Assembly (NCBI GenBank): GCA_002633005.1
Contig: NMRA01000322.1
Coordinates: 186,001 to 250,000, forward strand
Source: Phoronis australis
Lineage: Eukaryota > Animalia > Phoronida
DNA: 64,000 nucleotides
Direction of reading: 5' to 3'
Positions 1-14,600 of the stretch are shown in pieces. Every line of letters begins with the position of its first letter. Position 1 is the first letter of the stretch. Position numbers and translations under genes: made by a program. Under the pieces are notes generated by a model. It did no database searches. It was not told where the DNA came from and saw nothing but the letters and a program-made list of their open reading frames with translations.

Positions 1-129
1 TCACACATTGGACAGGTTCCAGTGCAGTCTTCCTGTTTGTCCTTGTGGACCGCCTGTGAGCTCTCTGAGGAATCCCTACGGGCACCCTGTGCTAATGTAA
101 TGCAGCTGATCAATGTAGGTTTCACTTAC

Positions 130-384
130 TGTCACATGACTTTCCGTCGCTGTTCAGTGTGTAGCCGTTGCCGCAGTAACAGTCAAAACCACCGATCTTA
201 TTACTGCAGCCTTGCGTACATCCGCCCCGATTGGCCTCTGCGCACTCGTTGAGATCGATACATGTGAAGCCATCACCGGTGTAGCCGGCTTTACACGAAC
301 ACGTATAGCTGCCCCCGGTGTTAGTGCAGGCGCCGTTTGTGGAGTCACAGTCGTTCAGAACATCAGATGAGCACTCATCGACGT
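130..384 (-). CDS. Two Ca-binding EGF domains (last confident exon in window)
   Basis: 255 nt, cag/gtaagt; ORF track 122..424. Confidence 0.9.
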
Positions 385-3300
385 CTGTATGAAAGTAAAG
401 CATACTAAAAATTAGTCGTTTCATTAAAAGTAATGGATTACCCTAGTGAAATTAAATTAAAAATAAAAAGTATAAGCACTAAGAAAATGCAAATCATTGG
501 CGGAATCGAAGTCTACCTTTTAACAATAGTAATTTTCACATAAGCGTAACCCCTCAAAAATTTGTGTAACACCATGCAGATGCACCAAAGTAATGCGTAA
601 CTGAAACTGAATCTCGTGTTACGTGGTTGTGGTAAATATTCTATAAAAACTTAAAATGATCGACTAAATGTTCATAACGGTTTCTGTTTACCATTTCAAG
701 CAGCTTACCATCACAGGTGTTTCCGTCGGCGTTTAGTGTGTAACCCTTGTTGCAAGTACACACAAATGAACCGGCAGTATTGGTGCAACCTTGCTTACAG
801 TTGTCCGTCTTGGCAGCACATTCGTCAATATCTGAAGTAAATAAGTGATGCTGTTAACTGTACTACGCGCCTCATTTTTGACATGGAAGACGGAAGAAGA
901 TTCCGACGCACACGGCATTTGATTGCCGGGAATAAATATTACGTACTAACAACCCCCAAAAATATTAATGGTGTCCGTTTCATGAAACGTGAATTTTAAG
1001 TTTTTGAAATTAGGGCTTAGATAAGAGTGAAAACGAAACTTCATAAAAGGCCATTTCGTGAAGACGTAGTCGGACTTTGTCGTGGGCCTTATTTTAGACC
1101 GACGTTTAAAAGGATTTTATTTCCAACTTCGGAAGATATTTTGAGTAGGGATCATGAGACTTCCTGCAGCTATTAGTTTTGGTCAATGCTACATGTATGA
1201 AGCTGCATGCTATGTTGTACGTTTTGAGGTTTTATAATAAACGGCAGATTCCTAACACAAGCTGCCAGTCTAAGTTAATTGAAGCTGAAGCAGTGACCTC
1301 ATCAGCGATTTCGTTGGTTGGCGCCATAAAAATGGCAAAAGCGGGCGGTGTGTAGTGCAAACCAAAGCCGACGTGAAAAAGTCACGGGCTCGTGTACTGA
1401 GTGTAGGTGAGAAAAAAAAAACAGGTGAAGAGTTGCAGCACTTTGGGGGAGTAGCCTCTCAAAATTCACCATTTTAGCTGCCGCGCAAATATTTCCGGAA
1501 ATGCCGAGCTTCGGTAAACAGCAGGGTACGTATGCATTCATCTCTTGTTTTCCAGAAATAACTGAACATTCCTTTTACTTTTGTTTGATTTGAATTGTAA
1601 ACCCAAAATTATTTTTGAAAAACTTATTTCAACTCTTGATGGGAAGGTCGAGGGTCATTAGCACACTTTTATTAAAATAAAATAAAATAACGCATAAGAA
1701 AATCGAATTAGTTTCATGAAAAAGCTTCCACCAGCTGTCGAAGTGTTGTTTGAGATAAATCCATACAATTCTGTTCATCTTTGCGCATGCTTCATTGTTG
1801 CTGATTAGTGTTCGGCAAAGTTTTTCGTACTATTGCTAAGCGTTCACCTCCTGCTGTGGATTATTCCTAAATTATAAGAGATGCGATGTGTTAATCTAGT
1901 TTTAAGAATAGGCCTGGTTTATAAACTCTTATAGGCATTTAATAGCTACAATAAAGAGACACAAGTACGAGTGAAATCTTGTTTACTTGAGAAGATACTG
2001 ATATAGCTGTCAAATATTACTTCAGAGGTACGGATAAGTCGCATTGTATTGTCTCTACCCTATTTTGCCGGTTTTTGAATTGCCTGAGTGCAGCGGGCGA
2101 AGCCAGATAATTCGGAAACTATACAAACATGGCATATTGACCTATTGGATAGCTCTTGTGTGTCATCTGTACATTACAGTGTGCAGCGGCTAATAGAGGT
2201 GCCTGTGTGTAGAAATTAGGCCTTAAATGTAAGAGAAAAACTGCAATGTGTGTGCAAAAAAAAACGATAATGCTATGAAGTTTGGTGTAACTGCCACAGT
2301 TTGTTGTCTCCAGGGATCTAAAGATGTGTTGAATTATTGAGGAATTTATGTGGGTTGGGAGAATGTTATCAAAAAGATAAGGGTAATTCCATTGGGTAGT
2401 CATCAAGGTCTGTGCATTGTAAAGAATGGAAGTAGAGAGCTAGTGCTTGACTTTTTAAAACCGCTCTGAGGTGGTAGCGTGTTACAACTAATATTAACAT
2501 CTCGTGGTCTACTTACACGCTAGTGCTTGAATACAACTTGACCAGATTATCGTTAGAAACAAATGACACGCACGAGATACATGTTTTAAAACAATTGATT
2601 GTCGCTGACTGACGTGCGCCTTCCAACGCTGCCTTCAAAAATATTTTTGTGCGTTCTGGTGATGATCTTTGACATCCAAATATATCTTATGTAATTCAGT
2701 TTACCGTATGGCCGCGCACTTAGGCCATCGTCCTAAATTCGAAATAATACCTTTTGCGATATATGTGGTTCGCATGCATTCCAGCATTTGCCTAAGTTTC
2801 GCATATAAGCCAAGGTGACCTCCCTTACATGGGTCCATACGTTAATTTGCATATAGGCGCACCCGTGGTGACTACCGCTTGCCTCCTAATGACAATTTTT
2901 CACGTTCGCCTCTATATCTTTTGAGTTCGTTGGAGTATTTTCAAGAAACTTGGTTTTAGTTTTGAATTACCTTATTGTCATTAGGCCCATAAGCCTATAT
3001 CAGAAATAATGGCTTTTTCCACAGCCGTTGTTTACCTAAGTGGTTTGCATATGCGTAAATGCGCCTAAGTTTCACGAATAAGCCCAGTTCCGCGCAGACG
3101 CCCATGGACCTAATGACACCAGATTGACACAACGTACGTCAGACTTCTACGACATTTACACTAAATAGATGCAACTTATAAAAGATGCATCATGGGATTT
3201 ATAGACACACACTGGTCAGTAGCCAAGGCAATGACACTATAAGTGTGTTGACAAGGGAGCCTCCGGAGCCACGCTCAATCAACTCCCAACAGAATGTAAA

Positions 3301-5606
3301 TTCGACATGATATTGTTTCACGTGACTAGCACGTAAGTCGAACTTCACTTACCAATGCAGGTCCTGTTGTCAAAGTCCAGCTTATAACCGCTCTTGCACT
3401 CGCACCGGTAGTCGGGCACCAAGTTGATGCAGTTACTGGTAGACTGGACGCAAAGGGAGGTTCCAGCTGTGCACTCGTTAATGTCTGCAAAGATATACAT
3501 AATACAAATCCACTCGCCAATGTTCTTACTGTACTTCTGGGCCCGGTCTCTAATCTTTGTACTCGAAACGAACTCGAAACTATTTTTGGCAATTTCTCTG
3601 CTCCCTTTGTGCGAACTTAAGATAATTGGTTATCAGACTGTGCTCGAATACATTATAGTTTATGCATAGGAGTTTCTAGTTCAAGTTTGCCCTTGAAGAC
3701 CCTTATATTCGTGCTACAAACTCGAGTAAAAACTCGAAATTTCGAGTTCAAACTCGAACTTATTGCTTTAATATTGGGTTTACAAACTGTGAACTAAGGG
3801 CAATAAATTATCTACGTAAGGTATTGTGTACTCGAGCATAGAATAATAGACACTTATCTTGAGTTCGCCCAAATGTAGAGTAGAAAATGCCAAACCTGAT
3901 TTCGAGTTCCATTTCGAGTAAAAAGATTGGAGACCGGGCCCTGGTGTGCTTAATGTGAAATTGTCTCGTGATGTGTGGAGACTTGAATGATGCAAATACG
4001 GGGTGGATATTGCAATACGAACGATTAGTAAGAATTTCGAAGACACGTTGAAGTCAGATTCAGACTACAAAAGGTACGACAGTTTTTAGTTTTTGTGGTA
4101 GCGAGGAAAAATGCTATTCAACTAACCGACACAGTTTTTGCTGGAGTCAAGAGCATATCCTTTCGGACACTGGCACAGGAATCCACCGTTTGCGGCGTCG
4201 TTGGCGCAGATAGAACGGGTGTTTCCGCCGTCGCAATCCTTGCGCTGCGCTTCGGAACACTCAGACTCTGGCTCGCAGCTTATCAGATCTGCAGACAATT
4301 TGAAGCCTGCGTTGCAACCGCAAGAATACTTCCCAACTTCATCTTTGCAAACCTGTGAATTAAGTGAGTAATATAGCAAAGAGAAACACTTCAGCTCGAA
4401 AGTAAAAAGTAGTCAGTGTGGTTCATAGGTAACCATCAGTGCACCCTAACAGACGATGTGAAACTAATTTGGACGGCTTGATGTTGGCACCAAAGCGACC
4501 AAGGTAATGCTTCTGTTGCTTATTCGAACCTTCATCTCAACTAACGATGATTAAGTTTGAAAAGATCCTTACTTCACGCTCTAAACATGTTTGAAACTTG
4601 TACCTGTTTGCAGTTGTGGTCCAATTGACATTCGTCGATCTCGTCGCATTTCTCGGTGGCCGCGTTCCACTTGTAGCCAGGAATGCAAACGCAGTCGTAA
4701 CCACCGGCTTTGTTTTTGCAATTTGAGTTAGCCGGACAGGAGGCCGCACCTGTCAAGCACTCGTCAATGTCTCGGCAACCGCCGGTCTGGCCTACAAGGA
4801 GATAACTCCAATTTCTCAGTGACGTATCTCAAACACTCAAGGAAAATCTTTACCAGTTGTGCCAATTATGAACTTTAAGTGGTCTAAATCAAAACTGTGT
4901 TTCTTGAAGGGAACGTGCGTTTATATAGCCACTTTAAATTGCCAACTTTTACCTGTTGGTTATGTTTTTAACCTTTCGTCATAAGATTCAAAATCTTTCC
5001 AAATCGGTAACGCTGTTGTACAATTTTTCAATATTTAGTAACCATCGAATGAAAATTTGCAATGGCAAATTTGTCACTAACTGACAATTCCTATGGTTTT
5101 CTTAATGACAATAGACGAGTGAATGGGCCATGTCGTAACGTGTTCTTGGCTCAAACAGTGGGAGTCAGTGCGATTCACGAAAGTATGGCGTTTATTAAGA
5201 AAGAGTAATTCTCACACGACCTGGAATGTGTTACGACACGACTGGTTAATGACACCGAGTACGTATTTTTGATATTATATGGGTACAAAGTAGTCCAAAG
5301 TAGAAATCCATACGCCTTACATTTTATCGTCTGCAAAGCACTAAAACAACCAAACGCGCGCCAACAAACAATGCCGGAATTCCGAGAAGGTGACAAAGTC
5401 ATGATAAGATTCAGTTTGTAAAAAAGTACTAGTGTGCCAAATTTAGTGCTTTAATTCGAGATGTAAACGTTTTTGGGTTAAAGGCCTTGGCTAAAAGGCT
5501 GAAAAGCTGCTGCTAAATTATTCTGAAGTTGGGAAACAAAAACGCCTCATATCTTTGCCTACAAACACACGTAAATGTGTGTGTGTGTGTGTGTATGTGT
5601 GTGTGN

Positions 5607-5650
<44 letters not shown>

Positions 5651-8600
5651 ATGTATGTGTGCGCGTGTGTGTGTACATACATACACATATACTTACATAG
5701 ATTCCATTTAATTAAATATTGATAGCGAACTTTCTTACCAGTGCCTTCATATCCAGATTTGCAAGCGCAGGTGAAACTGCCATCAGTGTTCGTACAGACG
5801 CCAAGAGTGGCATCGCAGGTGCTCAATCCACGCGCGCATTCGTCTACATCGGTACATGACTTGAGGTCAGCGGCAAGGTTGTAGCCGTTGTTGCAAGAAC
5901 ATTGATAACTGCCAGGCAGGTTCTTGCAGTTCTGGGCACCTGAGGGCAACAGTATGAGCTATTGTGAGTAGAAAAGGCATGGAGGAGCCTGCAAATCTAA
6001 CATTTTGTGCAAAAAATATGAAATTTTGCAAAATCGTGCGCGAGTACGGAATGCATTTCTGAGCCTGTCGAAGTCATGGCTAGATTTTCTGGTAGAGGAA
6101 CTGAACTCTATTCACGTGCTTTTCGTTTCCAGTAGCGTTGAAAGCATAAGGAAGTGAAAAATGGAAAGCAACGAAATATTACGACAGGCTGACACGAATT
6201 TTCGAATTGGCGAACAACTCACAAAAGGTAAGAGTGTGGCCGGAATTTAATTAGTGGATCACAAACACTGGGCGGCGTACCATAGGGGTGTGGGGGCCTA
6301 TAGCCCCACTTTTTTCAGTGCTCCGGCGCCCATGGTATATGGGAGATGCACCACAGGGGGGTGGGGGCTATAGCCCCCACTTTTTTCAGTGTTGCGCCGC
6401 CCATGTTTACTATCAAACCAGCCACACTTTCCGAAAAAACATGGAGTACACCAACTGCGATACGTGACGGTTTCAAGAACAGAACCCTAGAGTAGGTGTT
6501 GATTTTCAAGAAGTGATTCCTCGTACGTTAATACTGATATTGTTAATATATGCGTACTCACATGGCTTCTGTGTGACACATTCGTCCACATCAGCACAGA
6601 ACGTGCCGTCTCCAGCCAATCCGGTGGGGCAAGGATCGCACTGGAATGCTTGATTGGTCGNGTGTGTGTGTACATACATACACATATACTTACATAGATT
6701 CCATTTAATTAAATATTGATAGCGAACTTTCTTACCAGTGCCTTCATATCCAGATTTGCAAGCGCAGGTGAAACTGCCATCAGTGTTCGTACAGACGCCA
6801 AGAGTGGCATCGCAGGTGCTCAATCCACGCGCGCATTCGTCTACATCGGTACATGACTTGAGGTCAGCGGCAAGGTTGTAGCCGTTGTTGCAAGAACATT
6901 GATAACTGCCAGGCAGGTTCTTGCAGTTCTGGGCACCTGAGGGCAACAGTATGAGCTATTGTGAGTAGAAAAGACATGGAGGAGCCTGCAAATCTAACAT
7001 TTTGTGCAAAAAATATGAAATTTTGCAAAATCGTGCGCGAGTACGGAATGTATTTCTGAGCCTGTCGAAGCCATGGCTAGATTTTCTGGTAGAGGAACTG
7101 AACTCTATTCACGTGCTTTTCGTTTCCAAAGGCGTTGAAAGCATAAGGAAGTGAAAAATGGAAAGCAACGAAATATTACGACAGGCTGACACGAATTTTC
7201 GATTTGGCGAACAACTCACAAAAGGTAAGAGTGTTGCCGGAATTTAATTAGTGGATCACAAACACTGAAAACTGCAGTTTACCATGGGCGGCGTACCTTA
7301 GGGGTGTGGGGGGCCTATAGCCCCACTTTTTTCAGTGCTCCGGCGCCCATGGTATATGGGAGGTGCACCAGAGGGGGGCTGGGGGCTATAGCCCCCACTT
7401 TTTTCAGTGTTGCGCCGCCCATGTTTACTATCAAACCAGCCACACTTTCCGAAAAAACATGGAGTACACCAACTGCGATACGTGACGGTTTCAAGAACAG
7501 AACCCTAGAGTAGGTGTTGATTTTCAAGAAGTGATTCCTCGTACGTTAATACTGATATTGTTAATATACGCGTACTCACATGGCTTCTGTGTGACACATT
7601 CGTCTACATCAGCACAGAACGTGCCGTCTCCAGCCAAGCCGGTGGGGCAAGGATCGCACTGGAATGCTTGATTGGTCGTGGCAAAGGTTTTGGCGGGAAC
7701 GTCAGTACATCTGGTGAAGCACGGATTGTCTGCACAACCGTCAATGTCGAGTTCGCAGAATTCACCCTCGTAGCCAGGGGTGCATTTGCAAGGGACGACA
7801 ATGAAAAGGGACAGACTGGAGACCGAAAAATCACATGTTCCGCCATTCTGAAATGCAATTTGATGTTCAGACGACCACTGAATATACGTCTGTATCGTGT
7901 ATCATTATACTTGTAATTTTTGTTAAAGAGGCGTGGAAAACAGGCTAAATTGCAATATCAAAAATGGTTCTTTGTCACTGAAACATAATTCAACGCGTTC
8001 ACGAGATATTTTTACGGTTAGGTCGTACAGATTTTGAATTTCTGTTGATGTCAAAGCATTTTTCTTTTAGTTTCAAATTTCGAAAAACGATCTGCTAACT
8101 GCTCGTCGCTCCGTTGATTTTCTCCCACAACGCAAAGCACGGCTCCTTATTTGATATGGCAAGGCACAGACGCAGCGCGTGTCATTATCTGGAATTTGAT
8201 GTAAACAGAACAAATTCGACTTAAAGCAGCCGCCTAATTAAGAAGCAACCGATGTTTAAAATTAGATACAAGGGTATTGTTTGACTAGGGAGTTTTTTTA
8301 CGGTGTATCTCAAAAATCAGGAAATCTGTGGTTTTTCTTTGACATTCCCTCACAGGAGAAAGTTAATAACTCTGTAGCAGACGTTCCGGTATGGTACTTT
8401 CGACAGGAATTGTTTAAAAGATATTTTGACGAGCTTTCGCGTTCCACGCCTCTTCAAGTCTATATTAAACTCCATTGAACTTATATGGAATTCATAAGTT
8501 TAGAGGCGGACTAATAGCTAAGAGAAAATTAAGTAAACTTACATGTATCTAGTACAGGGCACCCTGAACGCTCTTACCTGGCAGCTGCATAGTTCCACCT

Positions 8601-11600
8601 TTGGATTCCACAAAGAGCTGGCCGTGCCATCGCTGACGGTGATTTGCACAGTAGCATTCCTCGCAAATTGGACGTTAGTCCACGACATCACTTTGGTAGA
8701 GTTGCTGACAGAAATTCCTGACGGCGCGTCCGCATTAACCGTAAAAGTCATAGCGTCTCCGTTCTGATCCGTGGCGTCTAGAGTGTGCAAAGATGAGTAA
8801 GTTTTTCCGACCTCCACTTCCAGGGTGACGTTGCCGTTGATTTTCGGAGCGTAGTTTTCTGTTCAAAATCAATTTCAAACTGTTACATTTGTTTGAAGAC
8901 ACAAATAACTAATTACAAACGATTTTTCACAAAAAGGAGTTTGCCACCACCAAAACGAGTGCCACTGCCAATGCCAAACTGAAATCATTTCAACTTGCTT
9001 TTGCTTCATCATAAAATGTCAAGCTCGGCCTCTGGAATAACTAACAAACGAAGTGTCCGCTATCACAAAACTCATTCCAATCACTCAAACCACCACCCTT
9101 GTAATCAAATATCTTTCCCGGAGAGACTCGAGCATACCTTTGACTTATTTGTGGTATAGCTGGAACATTAGAAAATCCACTCATATACAGAGCGAACTCG
9201 AAAAAATGTACGTATTTTGTCCAGAAACTCAGCCCTTGCTTAGGTGCCATTTACATGAACCTAATCCTTCGACGGTATTCTCGGATATTCTGTCTTGAGT
9301 TATTTAACTTACAAAAATAGATGCCAGGTTGCCTAAAGAGATCAGTGTGAACAACCAATCCTTGCTGTGTATTTGAAGTTTCGTTAGGAATTTTCCGTAA
9401 AGAATATCGTTTGGCAAAAAAATGGTCGAGAAGAAGTTGAACATCTGAGCTAGACGCGCAGTGTGCTCGTCCTCTGGCATTATGTTCCTATATATATCCA
9501 AAAGAAATCATCTGATCAATCCCAAAAATCCGCTACATAAAACAATAAAACAGGCATTTATTTTCCCTGGTTTAGCTCACAGTATCTGAATTAGTTAGTT
9601 GTGGAGGTGTAGTGTACTCAAACAAGGTAGGAGAGTGTATCCATAGAACGCAGTGCTTTCATCTGACATGCAGTTCTGAAGATGTTGAACACTCAGGTAC
9701 ACAACTTTGCAACTAGTAATTCCTTTGGATGTTGCATCTTGGGAGTGTACCTCATTGGCACCACTTCCCCCAAGAGCTCCTAAATCCAAAACTGCCGTCA
9801 AAAGTGGTGTTAGTTTTTCACGTCATTGCAACAACTCCATTTGCAATTATTAATATAGATGATACATACCCAAAGCCTTCTTTTCCGCTTCATTTTCTGC
9901 CTTGGCAGTTTTTGTACCGGCTGCAGCGGCGCTATTGTCGGTGACCTTTAAGTCGAAATAGCATTCCCTGTTGGCCGACGGGTCTGGATCGGGGGATTTG
10001 CCAGCGCATGTGTCCTCGGCAGAGGTTCGTTTCGCGGAGTCGGGGAACATGATGGTGAGATTGGCATTGAAGAAGACAGGAGTGAATGTGACATTATTTA
10101 AAGATGTCCAGGACTCTCCGCCGGAGTAACTGAAGAGCGATGTTGCATTGGTGTTGCGCCCTGTTTGGAGGAAAACACGAGTCGTGCGTACTCAATGCAA
10201 TTTCTTTAACCATTTCATTCCGATAGCATTACCCTCAGAAATGGTAACACGGAGATTAATTTTTAAACACCTGAATTATTCCTTCATTTGGCAGACGCGG
10301 CAATGGCAAGTTTAATTTTGGGATACGTTTCTCATCGCCCTATTAACACAGAGTGTTGTTGTAATTGCGTTCAATCTCAAGGTTGCTGTGCCTTTGAATG
10401 TATGTAACACTAAATATGGTGGAATGTTAATGAGATAACAGGAATAATATTCACATGTCTCTCACGCACACTTACAAAAAATCTTTGAACTTGGACAATA
10501 ATTTCCCTGTACTTACATTCCTGTCCCCAATAGAACAATTCTTCTTCCGTTGAGTTGATTCCAGTTGCCAGGTCGGTACCATTAGGGTATTTGAAGTCGT
10601 TGTTCATGTTACCATCAAAATTCCCCAACATTCCTGTCAGCTTGCCAGCCCAGTCACCAGGAGCGACAACCACAACCTGCATGAGGTTGAACTTTACGGT
10701 GACCTGAACGCTAACGCCGGATGAAAAGGCCATGACGTAGACGGTGTCGGAATTCTTGACAGTTGTACTCAGTCGAACATTGTTCCACACAAGGGTGTTA
10801 CTGATATCCTGGCCACCGTTGGCCACGAGGTTCTTATTTTTGTAGACATCTGAAGAGAATCAAGTTGAACTAGATGTTAGAATTAAGTTGTCATTAAAAG
10901 GAATTTTCTAGATTTACATCAAGTAAAATCCGCATTTTATTTTCGAGTCCCCATGGAATGCACTGTAAACTCCGGGTTGTTATGAATGCACACTCCAAGT
11001 CTTTTCAGAAACACCTCAATACTTGTCTGTTATTGGCATGGATGAAAGTCCCTAAAGTGAGTATCCGGTAGACATTATAATATATATGTTTTACTTTTTA
11101 CGAAATTTAGAACATGTCTTTTCTCTGGAGTTACTAAACGTGGGTAGTTAGCTGAAAAATGTTAATTTGCTTCATAATTCAAAGTAAGCTGATCGCTTAC
11201 CAAACAATTTCATCAGAAATCTTAAGCATAAAATGTCGTAGAAGTGTAACAAATGGCTGAGTAAGGGTGAAAACGTAGAAACGGCGTAGTTCATCCAAAC
11301 AGTACGAGCATCGCACTGCCAACCTTCTGGAACCTTTTGAGGAAACCATGAAGCCGATTACTCTCTGTGAGCAATCGACAAATGAATATTTAAATCATTA
11401 CAGTTATCAAAAACTACAGTTTTCTATCCAACGGGAACTGATGGTCACATAACTTTAATGGCTGCCCATCTGCAAAATCACCAAGTGTATGTAAATAAGA
11501 ATTAATAGTCTTCATAAACGCCATATATGTTAGCCATATTAAGTAACCTATATTTGAGTCTAAAACGATCTCTCTCCTCACTGAAATAAACGCTCTGCTT

Positions 11601-14600
11601 TATAACAACGCAATTATATACGTCAGATGAATGAACTTTCTTAGTTTATAAATTAATATATTTCAGGTTTTTCTATTTGAATCAACAGAGCTTGTGATTT
11701 GAATAATGAAGCAGAAAACAGAGACTGCAATTGAATGGAAACCTTTTGCCTGTAAACTCCTAATTTTGGAATTTTTTATGGAAGTGGTAACCGTTCTCAT
11801 TGTGGTTCCGTTCATAACTTTTTAACGAAACTTTGGCGAAAAGAGTATATTTACAGGAAATTACAATTCACAAAAATTTGCGTTCACGTTCACATGTCAC
11901 TTGTATGTGCTAGTTTGTCTTTTATACGTTGTCGTTACTGTCTCCTTACTCCTTCTTACCAATTCCGTCCTTTGTACTGTTGAGAGAGAACTCGACGACG
12001 TCACTCACAGGGTTCGTCTGCTTTCCAGCAAAAGCGGAGTACATAGTGGCGCCTTGCGCGGTGCCATTCTTCATTACGAAGGCGGTCCGTGCCTGGAGCT
12101 CGAAAGTTCCGTCAAGTTTGGAGACAATGTATTCGCCGTGTCCGTTGAACGTGAACGCTTTGCCATCCAGTGTAGTGACGTGCGGGTCCCCTATGGCGCC
12201 AGCTACAAAACGGAATATACAGCAGTAATAACAATATGCAGTGCACCAGCCTCCCGTTCAATAACGCTAGGACCTCGCTAAAAAGCAAGACTAAGCGAGA
12301 TTACGTGAGCTATTGCCGTGAATTTTAAATGAGAACACGTGACTTTGACTAGGTTTTAGCTAGGTCCTAGCGTAGGTCCTAACGTCTACTAAACGCATGC
12401 CAGGAGGTTTTCAACAACGCTTCCCTCGTGCAATCTGGCGAGATTAAGCAAGAACACACTACAACAATAAGTTTTCATTTAGATGTTTGCCAGCAAAACT
12501 TTCACCTTACCATCGATTAATAGCAAATACATGAAATGGACGGCAAATATTTTGTAAAATACGACGTTACAAGCAATACGCTTATTGACAGCGGTAGTGA
12601 ACAAAATCCTATCAGACTAATAATTTATTAGAAGGGACTTCCGGTAAAATGGCGCCTGCACAAAACGTGCGTTTTGTTGCTCTGTAAATTTTCAAAGTTA
12701 TCGTCACCTTGTTGCTTGAAATGGGACGTCTAAAAAGAGACACATCATCTCCTGCACCAATAGACGGCGAGGAAGTGCCGGAGAATGAGCCCGAGTGTTT
12801 TTCATTATTAAAAAGTGAGTAAATAAGCTCTAATAAGATTGTTCATTTGCTTCAATCCCTCCCTATCCCCTCCATTGGCATGATTCAAGAATTAGAACGA
12901 GTTTTTTGGCTTCATTTAGAATGGGAAGAGTAACAGGATTAGCCGAAATGAAATTGTACAAAATCAGGGTAATGGTGGTTTTTAAGAATGGTCCATGTTA
13001 GTTTTTTATTAAGTCTTTGAAAATACCTTTGGCTTCGTAAACTCAAATACCATACGTGACCTTGCAGGGGCAGTTTTGGGTTGTAAATTTGATAATTTTT
13101 TTAAATGGGCGACACTTTCCTTTAAAAATAACTGAAGGAACCGACAATCTGTTCTGGAAGGAAGTTTTAAGCGAGGTTGTGCTCCTGTTTCAAATGTGTG
13201 ACAAAAATGAAAATATTATTTACTCTCCCCTGTGGTATAATCCAAAGATTAAAATCGGTAAAAAAATCTATTTTCTACAAGACCTGGTATGAAAGGGGAA
13301 TCTATCGTGAGTGTGATACGTTTAATTCTGGAGGTTCTATTATGCCGTACGAAGAACTCTGTAACAGTTATAACTTTCAACCTCCAATACTAGAATTCTA
13401 TGGATTACGAAGTGCAGCCTTTGCAGCGTACAGGATTCTTAAGAATAGACCAGACAATATCTTTTTACCAAATTTTCCAAATTATTTTTATAAAATTTTA
13501 CATAATAAATCACAAGGGGTAAATATTTATGACACCTTAGTACAGTCACTTCAGACAGCTTGTAAATATATAAACAAGTGGTCATCTGAGATAGATATAA
13601 ACGTTGTTATAAAGAATGTAAATTTTAGTGACCCTGATACATGGTGGAGAAAAGTAAATAAACTACCCTTCAATTGTAAAAGGGAAAAAATTTGGGTTGG
13701 TTTCAATACCACTTAATTCATAGAATATGGACAACAAATAATTATTTGCTTATAATTAAAAAAACAAGTGATTTATGCTGTTTCTGTGGTAAACACAGAG
13801 AAACTTTTCTCCATCTGTTTTGGGAATGTTGTCTTGTCTCCGGTTTCTTGCTCTTGTTTGCTGAGTGGTTAAAACAAACATATCATGAAATTTTTCATGT
13901 GGACAAAATAACAGTATTTTTTTTTTGTTTTTTTGGGTGGAAGGAAACACTCAGTCGGAAAATTGTAACATTAATCTGTTGATCATACAAGCAAAAAATT
14001 ACATATTTAGCCAAAAGTTTGCTCAAAAAAAATTTCAATTTCCAAATGTTCATGAATTTTATTAAATTACATCCTGAAGAAAATACGGTACTTGTTGAGT
14101 AATGATTTAATGTTATTCTTTGTAAATTATGTATACTGTATTGTTTTATGTGACATGTAATTATCATGCTAGAGCAAAATAAAAATCTTTTATATCTATT
14201 ATAAGCTATCAAAGATGGGATTAGGAATTTTAGGAAAAAATCAAAAGTTGCATAAAACAGCGAAATGATATTTTAGAAAAAAAAATGTAACAGCTTTTAT
14301 CTTAGACATTTACATCAACTGAAATTTGGCTATGATGAGGGCATTTTATTTTCAGAAAATATAATATTTTTACATACTTATTTCCTATAGTTTGTAGATA
14401 CCTTTTTCTAAACGCTCCTACACAATCTTAACTGGGTCATTTTATCTTAATAACTTTTATTCAGAAATAAAATGTTGTTGCAATAAAAATGAGTGCCCAA
14501 CAACGAAACATGGAAAAACTAAAATACGTCATCAAAATACCTGCCCTTTTAAATGAGTAAGGAGATCGGCGAAAAAAGTTTAAGGACTGTCTAAATTAAT

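Larger units (their letters stand above)
5665..7678. repeat. ~1-kb direct duplication (5665-6660 / 6662-7678) split by a single N
   Basis: Near-identical copies with a few SNPs and a ~19-bp indel; junction is the N at 6661. Confidence 0.9.

Noticed and set aside
1-91. Possible further exon (QGARRDSSESSQAVHKDKQEDCTGTCPMC)
   Set aside because: Would need a 38-nt intron and does not resemble the EGF series; unresolved at the window edge.
11901-12281. Plus-strand ORFs overlapping exons (also 4095-4371, 19343-19736, 22843-23088, 37150-37347, 41421-41657)
   Set aside because: Antisense shadows of the real minus-strand exons.
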